Virus record (IMG/VR): IMGVR_UViG_3300042269_000666
Span: 12,507-76,506 of that record
From: a virus
Lineage: Duplodnaviria > Caudoviricetes
Reading direction: 5' to 3' (one strand)
Length of the DNA stretch: 64,000 bases
Shown here: positions 1-8,145 of the stretch, in pieces
How positions within the stretch are numbered: position 1 is the stretch's first letter
Layout of the letters: each line of letters opens with the position of its first letter
Position numbers and translations under genes: made by a program
The notes under the pieces: model-generated
The model's input: the letters and a program-made list of their open reading frames with translations, nothing else
Database searches by the model: none
What the model was told of the DNA's origin: nothing

Positions 1-288
1 CTTGCCGATGTTGCCGGAACCTTGACCTGCCTTCCAGCCGGTCTGTCGAGTCATGCCGCGGACGCCTGCGTCACCGCGCTTTCCGGCGGAAACGCGGTAC
101 TGACGCAAGGCGGCATTGTCACACTGGAAACCGGAATCGACGCGGACAGTGAACTCTTCCTCGGCGTCAACGGCAGTTTTACTGGCACAGCTCCAACCGT
201 CTCCGGTGAAATCGTCCAGAAAGTCGGCCGGGTTATCGACGCCGCTACCGTATTACTCAACCTCCAGCCGGGGAGGATAATTATCTGA
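1..288 (+). CDS. C-terminus of a phage virion/tail-associated protein (partial)
   Basis: Frame is open from base 1; ends ...GEIVQKVGRVIDAATVLLNLQP, typical of phage fibre-associated C-termini; stop overlaps next ATG (TGATG). Confidence 0.5.
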   Translation, partial: LADVAGTLTCLPAGLSSHAADACVTALSGGNAVLTQGGIVTLETGIDADSELFLGVNGSFTGTAPTVSGEIVQKVGRVIDAATVLLNLQPGRIII

Positions 289-2303
289 TGAATGCTCCGA
301 TATTTAATATACAAGTTGCGACAGCGACTTCGATCAAACAGTATTTTAAGTGGGTGTCAGGAGTTCATAATACTTTTACATTGACTGATTGTTCGGTTGC
401 GAATATCAATGGTGTTTATGAATTTTTAACTGACGCCAGGGATCAGTACAACAACCTGCGGGAATACTATCAAAACCAGGGAGATTCCGACATGTATATC
501 GTGATTTATTATTCGGAATGGGGCGATACCAGCATTTATTTCTGCGAGTATACCGGCGATATTACCACAGTCGATCCCTGGTCTTGTGATCTCCTGATCT
601 ATTATACCGGCCTCGGACTTTTCGATGAGGTATATTGGCAGGAGCCGCAGGTGACCATCGACACCATGCCAACCGTAGTAACCACTAATGCCGGGACCGG
701 ATTTTTCAGTTATAAGCTTGATGAAGAAGCTTGGAATGTTGATGCCGAAACATCCGAATATATAGTTGAAAATCTGGCCGACGGCTCGAATCACACTTTT
801 TACGTCCGGGAAAAACTCCTCGACGAAACTTACAGCGACATTGCCGAGTGTGCATTTAATGTCGTTTTCAGCAGCGGCAATATTCAGCTCAAGCCGCGGT
901 TTACCGCCATGGCGACCGACCTCGGTGCTATCGACGTCGAGTTTACTTTCCCGTCCTATGATTCGAAGCTCTTATCCGGGCTGAGCCGGGACGCTCTCGG
1001 CATTAGCGGGTTGTTCGTCAACTGCGGAGCGAAAAACGGCGCATCCTGTTATCACAACGGCGATTATTACCTGTGGTATTCGGTAAAGTTCACCCGCTGG
1101 CTGGTCACTATGCAGGATTATTTCAATGACGATGCCAATATGTACGACTACTACGAAAGTTATCTTTACGCCAACGACCAGACCGCTCCCGACACCTGGG
1201 CGACCGGAACCTGGTATATCGGCATGATGGGCGATATGTCGCTTTCGGGAACGCCAGCCTGGGCAAACGGGACGTTCAACGTGATTCCGCTGGGCATGGG
1301 AATCTGCCGTTACCAGGTCAACGGCGGGAATTACGTCGAACTTGCTCAGGGAACAGATGTTTTTACATTGCCGGTAAGTCTTGGCAGTTCCTACAGCGTC
1401 AAAATCTCCGAGTTGCTGGACAACGGCCTGTGGTCACCGGAAGTCGAGATGGCGATAGACTGCCATCTCCTGACCGCTCCGAACATTGCCGCTGCCGATG
1501 GTATAACCGAAAGCGACGGCGGCCGCAACGTCGCCTTCAATTGGAGCGGAGTCGGCTACAGTTTGGACTTCAACGGCACAAGTCTGCAGACGCCGGTATT
1601 CTGGGACAAGTCGCAGGAAGAGCCGCTGGACGGCTATCCCGAAGCCGGAGTCATTTACATTACCAACACCGACACTTCGGCAAGCGGCAGTTTCTGCGCC
1701 GTCAAGCTACTGCCGAACACCACCTATCGTCTGAACGTGCCCTGGCGCGAGGGCAATATGTATGATTCGGTCTATTACCCTGATCTGTCGACATTCATCG
1801 CTAAGCACGATTACGAGCATGCCTGGGAGGAAGTCGCCACCGGTGAAAACGGCGGACTGTGGATTTACGCGGTTCATGATCAGGGCAGTTGGGGCGACTG
1901 GAAACTGGCCTGTGATCCTGCTCCGGAGGAAATCACTCCGCAGGATATCGGAGATTTCTACCATATGATAACCGGAGGCTTCTGCGGGACCGGAACTTTC
2001 CGTTATCATGTAAATTCAGGGCCGTGGAGCGAGGAAACCACTGACCTCCGGGCACTGCAGATGTTCCAGCTTCCCACCGGAAACCACACCATTTACCTCG
2101 AGGAAAAATCATCCAACGGCGTCTGGAGCGAAACCGGCACGCTTGTGTTTAGCGTCATCAACGGCGCGGAAGGCGTTAATGGCGACAGTGGTATTACCGT
2201 TCCGGCCGGAAAATTTTTAGTCATGTTTGATCCCGCCACGAGGCGCGAGTTCCTCTGGGACGGCGCTTCCCCGGCAGATAATCTTGAACCTTTAACGGAG
2301 TAA
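288..2303 (+). CDS. Putative virion surface/receptor-binding protein with three FN3/Ig-like repeats
   Basis: 671 aa, acidic and aromatic-rich; three similar segments (SYKLDEEAW..HTFYVREKL, RYQVNGGNY..SVKISELL, RYHVNSGPW..HTIYLEEKS). Confidence 0.5.
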   Translation: MNAPIFNIQVATATSIKQYFKWVSGVHNTFTLTDCSVANINGVYEFLTDARDQYNNLREYYQNQGDSDMYIVIYYSEWGDTSIYFCEYTGDITTVDPWSCDLLIYYTGLGLFDEVYWQEPQVTIDTMPTVVTTNAGTGFFSYKLDEEAWNVDAETSEYIVENLADGSNHTFYVREKLLDETYSDIAECAFNVVFSSGNIQLKPRFTAMATDLGAIDVEFTFPSYDSKLLSGLSRDALGISGLFVNCGAKNGASCYHNGDYYLWYSVKFTRWLVTMQDYFNDDANMYDYYESYLYANDQTAPDTWATGTWYIGMMGDMSLSGTPAWANGTFNVIPLGMGICRYQVNGGNYVELAQGTDVFTLPVSLGSSYSVKISELLDNGLWSPEVEMAIDCHLLTAPNIAAADGITESDGGRNVAFNWSGVGYSLDFNGTSLQTPVFWDKSQEEPLDGYPEAGVIYITNTDTSASGSFCAVKLLPNTTYRLNVPWREGNMYDSVYYPDLSTFIAKHDYEHAWEEVATGENGGLWIYAVHDQGSWGDWKLACDPAPEEITPQDIGDFYHMITGGFCGTGTFRYHVNSGPWSEETTDLRALQMFQLPTGNHTIYLEEKSSNGVWSETGTLVFSVINGAEGVNGDSGITVPAGKFLVMFDPATRREFLWDGASPADNLEPLTE

Positions 2304-2309
2304 TTTTTT

Positions 2310-3053
2310 ATGAAAAATCTGTTTATTATCGTTTCGCTGGCATTCATTCTAACCGGCTGCCGCAGTTCCTGGACTACCGAAACTTTGCGCTCACGCCCTG
2401 AAATCGATTTGCGGCTTGAACAGGAAGCCAAACAGGTTTCCGAATCGGCGGAAAAGATCGACGGCCTCAGCGACGATCGGCAGGTCGAAAAAGAAACCTT
2501 CAAGCTGAAAACCGTATCAGCGTCATTGTTGCAAAAAGCACAGAAAAACTTGCAAATCGACATCTACGTCAAAAAGGTCGAAGACAAATTGATAGAATAC
2601 GAAAACGACCAGAAACGCCGGATTACCACCATATTTTTATGGATGCTTTCAGGCGGCTGCCTCTTGATAATCGCCGGAATTGCGGTGATCGTGTTCGGCA
2701 GCCAGGCGGGCATGAGCGGGCTGGGCATCCAACTCCTGGCTATCGGTGCGACGCTGGTCGGAGTCAGCTACACCATGATCGCCTATCCGTGGATAGCCCT
2801 GACCATCGGCATTGCGGTATTCAGTTTCGGGATGCTCTATTTCCTGTGGAAGTACGTCATCGCCCAGAAACATCTGTTCAAAACTTCCGATGAACTGAAA
2901 TCCACTGATGAAGCCCTCAAAGATTCAATCCGTTCCGCTGAGGCTATCAAGGAGCTCGGCTGGAATCCGCAGACCAGGCAAGTCCTCAACACCATCCAAA
3001 GCCCCAAATCCAAACAGTTGATCGGCAAAATCCGAACATCAGATAAAAATTAA
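2310..3053 (+). CDS. Lipoprotein with coiled coil and two transmembrane helices (spanin/lysis-like candidate)
   Basis: Lipobox LTGC after MKN + hydrophobic stretch; charged helical region; two hydrophobic segments in the C-terminal half. Confidence 0.55.
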   Translation: MKNLFIIVSLAFILTGCRSSWTTETLRSRPEIDLRLEQEAKQVSESAEKIDGLSDDRQVEKETFKLKTVSASLLQKAQKNLQIDIYVKKVEDKLIEYENDQKRRITTIFLWMLSGGCLLIIAGIAVIVFGSQAGMSGLGIQLLAIGATLVGVSYTMIAYPWIALTIGIAVFSFGMLYFLWKYVIAQKHLFKTSDELKSTDEALKDSIRSAEAIKELGWNPQTRQVLNTIQSPKSKQLIGKIRTSDKN

Positions 3054-3300
3054 AAAAATACTTTGAATTAAGTTCAAATACTGATTTGCATAGTTGCGAT
3101 ACCGGAGACAACTATACGACACCGTTAAGGACCCGCCAGGGAATGTGAAAGGCGCTCCGCGCATCGGGAGTACGGTAGAATTTCTGCCGTGCTCCCACCT
3201 TCTTGCAAACTGAAAATCCCGGTCATTTTGCGTGCTCAAGGCATTAATTCCGTAGATGCGTTAAAAACGCTTAATTAGTTGATTATTAATGCTTTACGAC

Positions 3301-3329
3301 TTGCTATTGTCGCATTAATGCTTTATACT
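3301..3329 (+). promoter_or_regulatory. Sigma70-type promoter, copy 1 of a duplicated leader
   Basis: TTGCTA (3301-3306), 17 nt, TATACT (3324-3329); leader ends AAGGAGATTGAAAG-ATG. Confidence 0.7.
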
Positions 3330-3382
3330 GTACATAGATTAAGATAAAGCATTGAACCTCAACAAGATAAGGAGATTGAAAG

Positions 3383-3583
3383 ATGAACGCGAATAACACG
3401 GCAAGCCGGAAGATCAAAGCCCACAAACAGTACACTGAAGCGGATTATGCCCACCTGAGCGGCAAGGGTTACACCAACGCCGAAATCCTCAAAATCTGGG
3501 ACCGGGATCAAGCCGAAGGCACTTTGCCAGCCGGAAGAACCTTCACCGACGAAGAAATCGTTAATTTTTACATCGGCAAATAA
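3383..3583 (+). CDS. Hypothetical protein
   Basis: 66 aa, strong AAGGAG RBS, downstream of promoter. Confidence 0.7.
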   Translation: MNANNTASRKIKAHKQYTEADYAHLSGKGYTNAEILKIWDRDQAEGTLPAGRTFTDEEIVNFYIGK

Positions 3584-3600
3584 ACAGGGAGGACGGAAAA

Positions 3601-3831
3601 ATGACAAAGACGGCAAAAAACGAACACGCCAGACTGAAAAAGGAAAATGAAAAACTTTTGAATCTGATAGGAGCCGAACTCAAAAAACGAAGCAACGATA
3701 ACCCGAGCTGGGGACGGGTTGGCGATCTCGGACATGCAAAGGAAAAGATGCTGGAAGTCCTGATCTTCCTCAGGAACGCCCGCGACGAAGAGTTGATGCG
3801 TGAACAAATTGAAAAGGAGTTGCAATCATGA
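3601..3831 (+). CDS. Hypothetical protein
   Basis: 76 aa, GGAGG RBS, in operon. Confidence 0.65.
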   Translation: MTKTAKNEHARLKKENEKLLNLIGAELKKRSNDNPSWGRVGDLGHAKEKMLEVLIFLRNARDEELMREQIEKELQS

Positions 3832-4073
3832 ACACCAACGAAGCATTATTAGAGGAAAACCGGATCATCCATTACCTGATGTCGGAACTAAACGGAGAAG
3901 CGGACAGTGCCGCCGAGGAATGGGAGAACTGGGCGGATATAATCGATCAGGAACGGGTTAGCCGAATGCTGCGCGAGATGTTTACCGGCATGCTGGTCGC
4001 GGAAGGCAAATGCACCGAATTCAACTCAAAAAATTATATAAACCAACTTATAAAGGAGCACGGAAAAAAATGA
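3828..4073 (+). CDS. Hypothetical acidic protein
   Basis: 81 aa, ATGA-coupled to neighbours. Confidence 0.6.
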   Translation: MNTNEALLEENRIIHYLMSELNGEADSAAEEWENWADIIDQERVSRMLREMFTGMLVAEGKCTEFNSKNYINQLIKEHGKK

Positions 4074-4510
4074 ACGCAAACGAAATCATCGTCGGAAAAA
4101 AGTATGCCGTGAAAGTCGGCAGAAATGAAATCGAAGTCACCGTAACGGAAAAAACCGAACGCGGCTGGCAGGTCGCATCCGCTTCAGGGAGAGTTTTCCC
4201 GGTCAACAGCAGCGAAAGATTCGTCAAGTGCCTTGAACAGCCGGAAGAACCCAAGCCTCAGCAGTCCGCTCCCAAAAGCAAACTTTCCATGCTGGACGCG
4301 GCGGCGGAAATCCTGAAAGGAGCATCGTATCCGATGTCTGCAAAGGAACTCATCGTTGCCATGGAAGAAGCGGAACTTTGGAAATCCGGCAGGGGCTTGA
4401 CCCCGGCTAATTCCTTATCAGCAGCCTTGAATAGAGAGATATCCCTGAAGGAAAATCCGCGTTTTCAAAAGACGGGCAAAGGGATGTTTACTCTTACGCA
4501 GGCTGAATAA
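4070..4510 (+). CDS. HARE-HTH (HB1/ASXL/restriction endonuclease winged HTH) domain protein
   Basis: C-terminal MLDAAAEIL..MSAKELI..TPANSLSAALNREI..RFQKTGKGMF; start moved to ATG 4070 behind AAGGAG. Confidence 0.75.
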   Translation: MNANEIIVGKKYAVKVGRNEIEVTVTEKTERGWQVASASGRVFPVNSSERFVKCLEQPEEPKPQQSAPKSKLSMLDAAAEILKGASYPMSAKELIVAMEEAELWKSGRGLTPANSLSAALNREISLKENPRFQKTGKGMFTLTQAE

Positions 4511-4537
4511 AAACAATATTAATCCCCATTTTCTATC

Positions 4538-4564
4538 AGGGCGGGTTTAATTTCCCGCCCTTTT
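4538..4564 (+). terminator. Rho-independent terminator
   Basis: AGGGCGGG-N8-CCCGCCCT followed by T-run, just after the 4510 stop. Confidence 0.75.
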
Positions 4565-4650
4565 ATTTCCGCTGAAATCCCCTGTTCCGGCGTTATTTAA
4601 AAGATATTTAAAAACAATGCAAATAGTTTAAAATAAACAACTTACACAGC

Positions 4651-4679
4651 TTGCTATATCGCAACACATCGTTTATACT
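4651..4679 (+). promoter_or_regulatory. Sigma70-type promoter, copy 2 of the duplicated leader
   Basis: TTGCTA (4651-4656), 17 nt, TATACT (4674-4679); same AAGGAGATTGAAAG-ATGAAC junction as 3369-3388. Confidence 0.7.
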
Positions 4680-4740
4680 GTACACAGAATAAGATAAGAT
4701 GTTGAATGTTAACGGCTTAACAACAAAAGGAGATTGAAAG

Positions 4741-5631
4741 ATGAACATGCAGGATTTAAAATGGGGCATCGAAATCGAAACGGTAAAAATCGAACGCCGC
4801 AAAGCAGCCGAAGCAGTACAAAGCGTAGTCGGCGGAACCATCGCCCACGAAGGCGGAGCTTACGACTGTTACAGCGTTACCGACCTGAGAGGGCGCAAAT
4901 GGAAAGTTGTCAGGGATGCTTCACTGGTAACCGTTCCATCGCACCTCCAGTCGGAAGTCGTCAGCCCGGTAATGACCTTTGAAGACATTCCGCAACTGCA
5001 GGAAGTCATCAGGGCCCTGCGGAAAGCCAAGGCCCGCTGTCATTCATGTTGCGGTATTCATATCCACGTTGAAAGTGCTCCTTTCGATGCGAAAAAGCTC
5101 GGCAACCTCGCCAAAATGATTTACAAAAACGAAGAGCTTTTCATCCACGCCCTCGGCATCCGGGAATCAAGGTTGGCGAATTACACCCGTCGGATGGACG
5201 AAGGCTTCATCAGACGCCTCGACCGCCAGAAACCCAAAACCATGGATGAACTCAACCGGGCGCTTTACGGTCACCACAACACGCGCCCGACTCATTACCA
5301 GCATGAACGCTACCACATTTTAAACCTGCACAACGCCTTTTATGCCAACACCGTTGAGTTCAGAGCGTTTGAAAGTACCCTCCACGCCGGAAAAATCAAG
5401 AGCTACCTTTTCCTAAGCCTTGCCCTCGCGGCAAAAGCCCTGAATTCCAAGGCGGCATCCAGCCGGAAAAAGGATTTTAACCCCGCCAGCGCAAAATACG
5501 ATTTCAGGGTGATTCTCCTGAGCCTCGGTTTTATCGGAGACACTTTCAAGAACGCCCGCAAACACCTTTTAGCCAACATGCCCGGCGATTCGGCTTGGAA
5601 AAATGGCCGTCCGCAACGGGCTGAAGCATAA
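4741..5631 (+). CDS. Putative amidoligase (COOH-NH2 ligase, Amidoligase_2-like)
   Basis: Motifs GIEIE, EVVSP, CGIHIHV, TVEFR. Confidence 0.85.
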   Translation: MNMQDLKWGIEIETVKIERRKAAEAVQSVVGGTIAHEGGAYDCYSVTDLRGRKWKVVRDASLVTVPSHLQSEVVSPVMTFEDIPQLQEVIRALRKAKARCHSCCGIHIHVESAPFDAKKLGNLAKMIYKNEELFIHALGIRESRLANYTRRMDEGFIRRLDRQKPKTMDELNRALYGHHNTRPTHYQHERYHILNLHNAFYANTVEFRAFESTLHAGKIKSYLFLSLALAAKALNSKAASSRKKDFNPASAKYDFRVILLSLGFIGDTFKNARKHLLANMPGDSAWKNGRPQRAEA

Positions 5632-5672
5632 ACATAAACCGGGGGAAAAAGCCCCCAAACGGAGGTAAAACC

Positions 5673-6164
5673 ATGATTAAACTGCAGATGCACCAGACGA
5701 CTCTTAACGGCAAACCGCTTTCCGAAACCGGAAAGGTTATTTCGGGAGCGGACGCCTATGAGGTAATCGAAGCGATGAAGCTCCAGTCGCCGTTCACGGC
5801 GGACATGACGGCAAGGCAGTACATCGACAATATCCTTGCCAAAATCCTGCCCGAAGGCGAAGCGACCGAGCTTGACGCAACCGAATTTTTAACCAAGCTC
5901 GCGGAACAAGGATTCATTTCCTTCCTGCCCGAGGATGACCACTATCCGGCGAACCTGATGGAAGTGCTGGAAACGATCCGGCAGTCCGGCGCGACCAACA
6001 TGCTGGACGCTCCGGTAGTTGCCGGACTCGCCGGGCAAATGGGCGAAACCGAGGTTGCCGGGTGGATTGACAGTCATCGGCGTGAATATGCCGGAATAAT
6101 TTTTAACGGCAGGCCGAACTGCGAAACAAGGGAGACAAAACCATGTGCGGACAATGCGGAATAA
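5673..6164 (+). CDS. Hypothetical protein with C-terminal DUF5049-like domain
   Basis: IRQSGATNMLD resembles the IRDTGxTNMFD signature of DUF5049, which accompanies phage amidoligases. Confidence 0.55.
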   Translation: MIKLQMHQTTLNGKPLSETGKVISGADAYEVIEAMKLQSPFTADMTARQYIDNILAKILPEGEATELDATEFLTKLAEQGFISFLPEDDHYPANLMEVLETIRQSGATNMLDAPVVAGLAGQMGETEVAGWIDSHRREYAGIIFNGRPNCETRETKPCADNAE

Positions 6165-6922
6165 TAATCGGGAGCCGGGAACGCTCTCCCGATGACCTGA
6201 AATATTTCAGGGAGGTATTTCAGCGGCTTCTTTTGCTGAATCAAAAGCGGGGCCATCACGCCGCCGGAGTCGCGGTGATTAACAGCGACTGCGGTTACCA
6301 GTTGCTGAAACGCCCGCTTGAAGCATCGGAGTTTGTGAAACTTCCCGAATATGGTGAATTTATGGATTCATTGAAGGAAAACACGACGCTGATCATGGGG
6401 CATACCCGTTTTGCCACGGTCGGCGATATTGAAAAAGCGGAAAACGCTCATCCCATCAGGTCGGGAAGCTGTCTCGGCACCGTCAACGGCACGATATTCA
6501 ACGCCGACGCGTTGTTCAGAAAATTCCGGCTGACGCGTTTCGCCGAAGTCGACAGCGAACTTATCGTGCGGCTGGCCAATAAATGCGCCCCGGAAGGCAG
6601 GCTTCAAATCGGGAATTTTCTGAATTACCTGAAGCACTGCCGGGGACAACTGGCGGCGGTTCTCGCCTCGTACATAGTCCCGGAACAGGTAATGGTTCTC
6701 AAAGGCAACCGCCCTTTGAGCCTGTTTTACAATCCGAAACTGAACGCAATTATTTATTCATCCGAAACCACTCATATCATGGCAGCCCTGCGAGGCGATA
6801 AAAACTGGCTCAAGTTAAATCTGGCTCCCATGACCTGCATCGTTTTCAATGTCGAAAATCTCATAACCCCAAAAGCATATCCATTGAGGTTCATCCCTCA
6901 GGAAAGGAGGAAAAAGCAATGA
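6143..6922 (+). CDS. Class II (Ntn) glutamine amidotransferase
   Basis: N-terminal MCG, GHTRFAT, NAHP, NGTIFN, VDSE. Confidence 0.88.
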   Translation: MCGQCGIIIGSRERSPDDLKYFREVFQRLLLLNQKRGHHAAGVAVINSDCGYQLLKRPLEASEFVKLPEYGEFMDSLKENTTLIMGHTRFATVGDIEKAENAHPIRSGSCLGTVNGTIFNADALFRKFRLTRFAEVDSELIVRLANKCAPEGRLQIGNFLNYLKHCRGQLAAVLASYIVPEQVMVLKGNRPLSLFYNPKLNAIIYSSETTHIMAALRGDKNWLKLNLAPMTCIVFNVENLITPKAYPLRFIPQERRKKQ

Positions 6923-7413
6923 TTAACATTTCTATATTCTGCTATGGTACGCTCAAGAAAGACTTTCCCAATCACCATTATTGCCGAAACGCAATAAGCG
7001 TCGAACCGGCAACCGTCTGCGGCAAACTCTACCAGTTACCGCCCGGCTATCCTGGCTTGCAGGTGCCGAATGACAGCATACTTCTGACGGGAATAAAGGA
7101 CGCTTTCGAGTCAGCGCAGGAACAGTATCAGGAAAACAACGACATGGACTTTGAATTCAAAATCCATGACGGCTGGAATACCGTTTACGGCGAACTCATA
7201 ACCTTTGCTGACCCTGAACGGGATATCCCGCCAATCGACAAACTCGAAGGGACGCCTTTCTATTATGACCGGGTGCTGATTCCCGCCAGAAAAACGGGCG
7301 GCTCAATTATCGCCGCATGGGCTTATGTCATGTATGAAATTCACTTTTCCGCCCGTTATTTGCCGGACGGAATCTGGCCGCCCAAAGAACTTAAGTTTGA
7401 AAAGGAGGCATAA
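6919..7413 (+). CDS. Gamma-glutamylcyclotransferase family protein
   Basis: FCYGTLK, VYGE, DKLEG, AWAYV. Confidence 0.85.
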   Translation: MINISIFCYGTLKKDFPNHHYCRNAISVEPATVCGKLYQLPPGYPGLQVPNDSILLTGIKDAFESAQEQYQENNDMDFEFKIHDGWNTVYGELITFADPERDIPPIDKLEGTPFYYDRVLIPARKTGGSIIAAWAYVMYEIHFSARYLPDGIWPPKELKFEKEA

Positions 7414-7416
7414 CAA

Positions 7417-7683
7417 ATGGCTAAAGAAAAATTAAGAAACTGCCCCGACTGTGACGTTGCTCCCGGACAACCTCATCATGACGGCTGTGATATCGAACGC
7501 TGCAGCGTCTGCGGGCTTCAACGGCTCGGTTGCACCTGTGAGGGGCATGACCCGCAATTCGCTCGCTGGACCGGTTTATGGCCGGGAGATGCCGAATCCC
7601 AATTGATGGGTTTGGACTTGAATCAATTCTATATGACTGGTGCCTATAAAAGTTTCATGATCAAACCGGAGGATAAACGATGA
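7417..7683 (+). CDS. Cys-rich putative zinc-binding protein
   Basis: CPDC..HHDGC..CSVC..CTC. Confidence 0.65.
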   Translation: MAKEKLRNCPDCDVAPGQPHHDGCDIERCSVCGLQRLGCTCEGHDPQFARWTGLWPGDAESQLMGLDLNQFYMTGAYKSFMIKPEDKR

Positions 7684-8144
7684 CAGATGACAGGAACAGA
7701 ACCTCCGTCCTGCGCCAGTTAACTGCTTTAAAGAAAATGACGCGCGGTGAACTCGACGACAAATGGCGTGATCTTTACGGTTCCGAACCGCCAAGATTTC
7801 GCCGGGCTTTTCTGGAACGCCGGTTAGCGTATCGCGTCCAGGAACTTTTTTACGGAGGGCTGGATGAGCCGGTCAGGGAAAAACTGGACGAAATAGCCGC
7901 CAAGGCCGAAGGGAAAAAAACTAAATCACAAGTCGAAGTCGACGGCAAAATCCTGCCCGGCACCCGTTTTACCCGAGAATGGAAAGGTAAACTCTATGAA
8001 ACCATCGTACGGGAAGACGGATTTGAATATAACGGGCAGATGTACCGTTCGCTGTCGGCCATTGCCAAAGCGATCACCGGCACCCAGTGGAACGGCCGCA
8101 AATGGTGGGGGCTGCCTTCAAAAAAACATAAGAAACGAGGTTAA
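7680..8144 (+). CDS. DUF2924 domain protein
   Basis: [39 protein letters not shown]; directly upstream of the recombinase as usual for this family. Confidence 0.85.
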   Translation: MTDDRNRTSVLRQLTALKKMTRGELDDKWRDLYGSEPPRFRRAFLERRLAYRVQELFYGGLDEPVREKLDEIAAKAEGKKTKSQVEVDGKILPGTRFTREWKGKLYETIVREDGFEYNGQMYRSLSAIAKAITGTQWNGRKWWGLPSKKHKKRG

Positions 8145-8145
8145 T

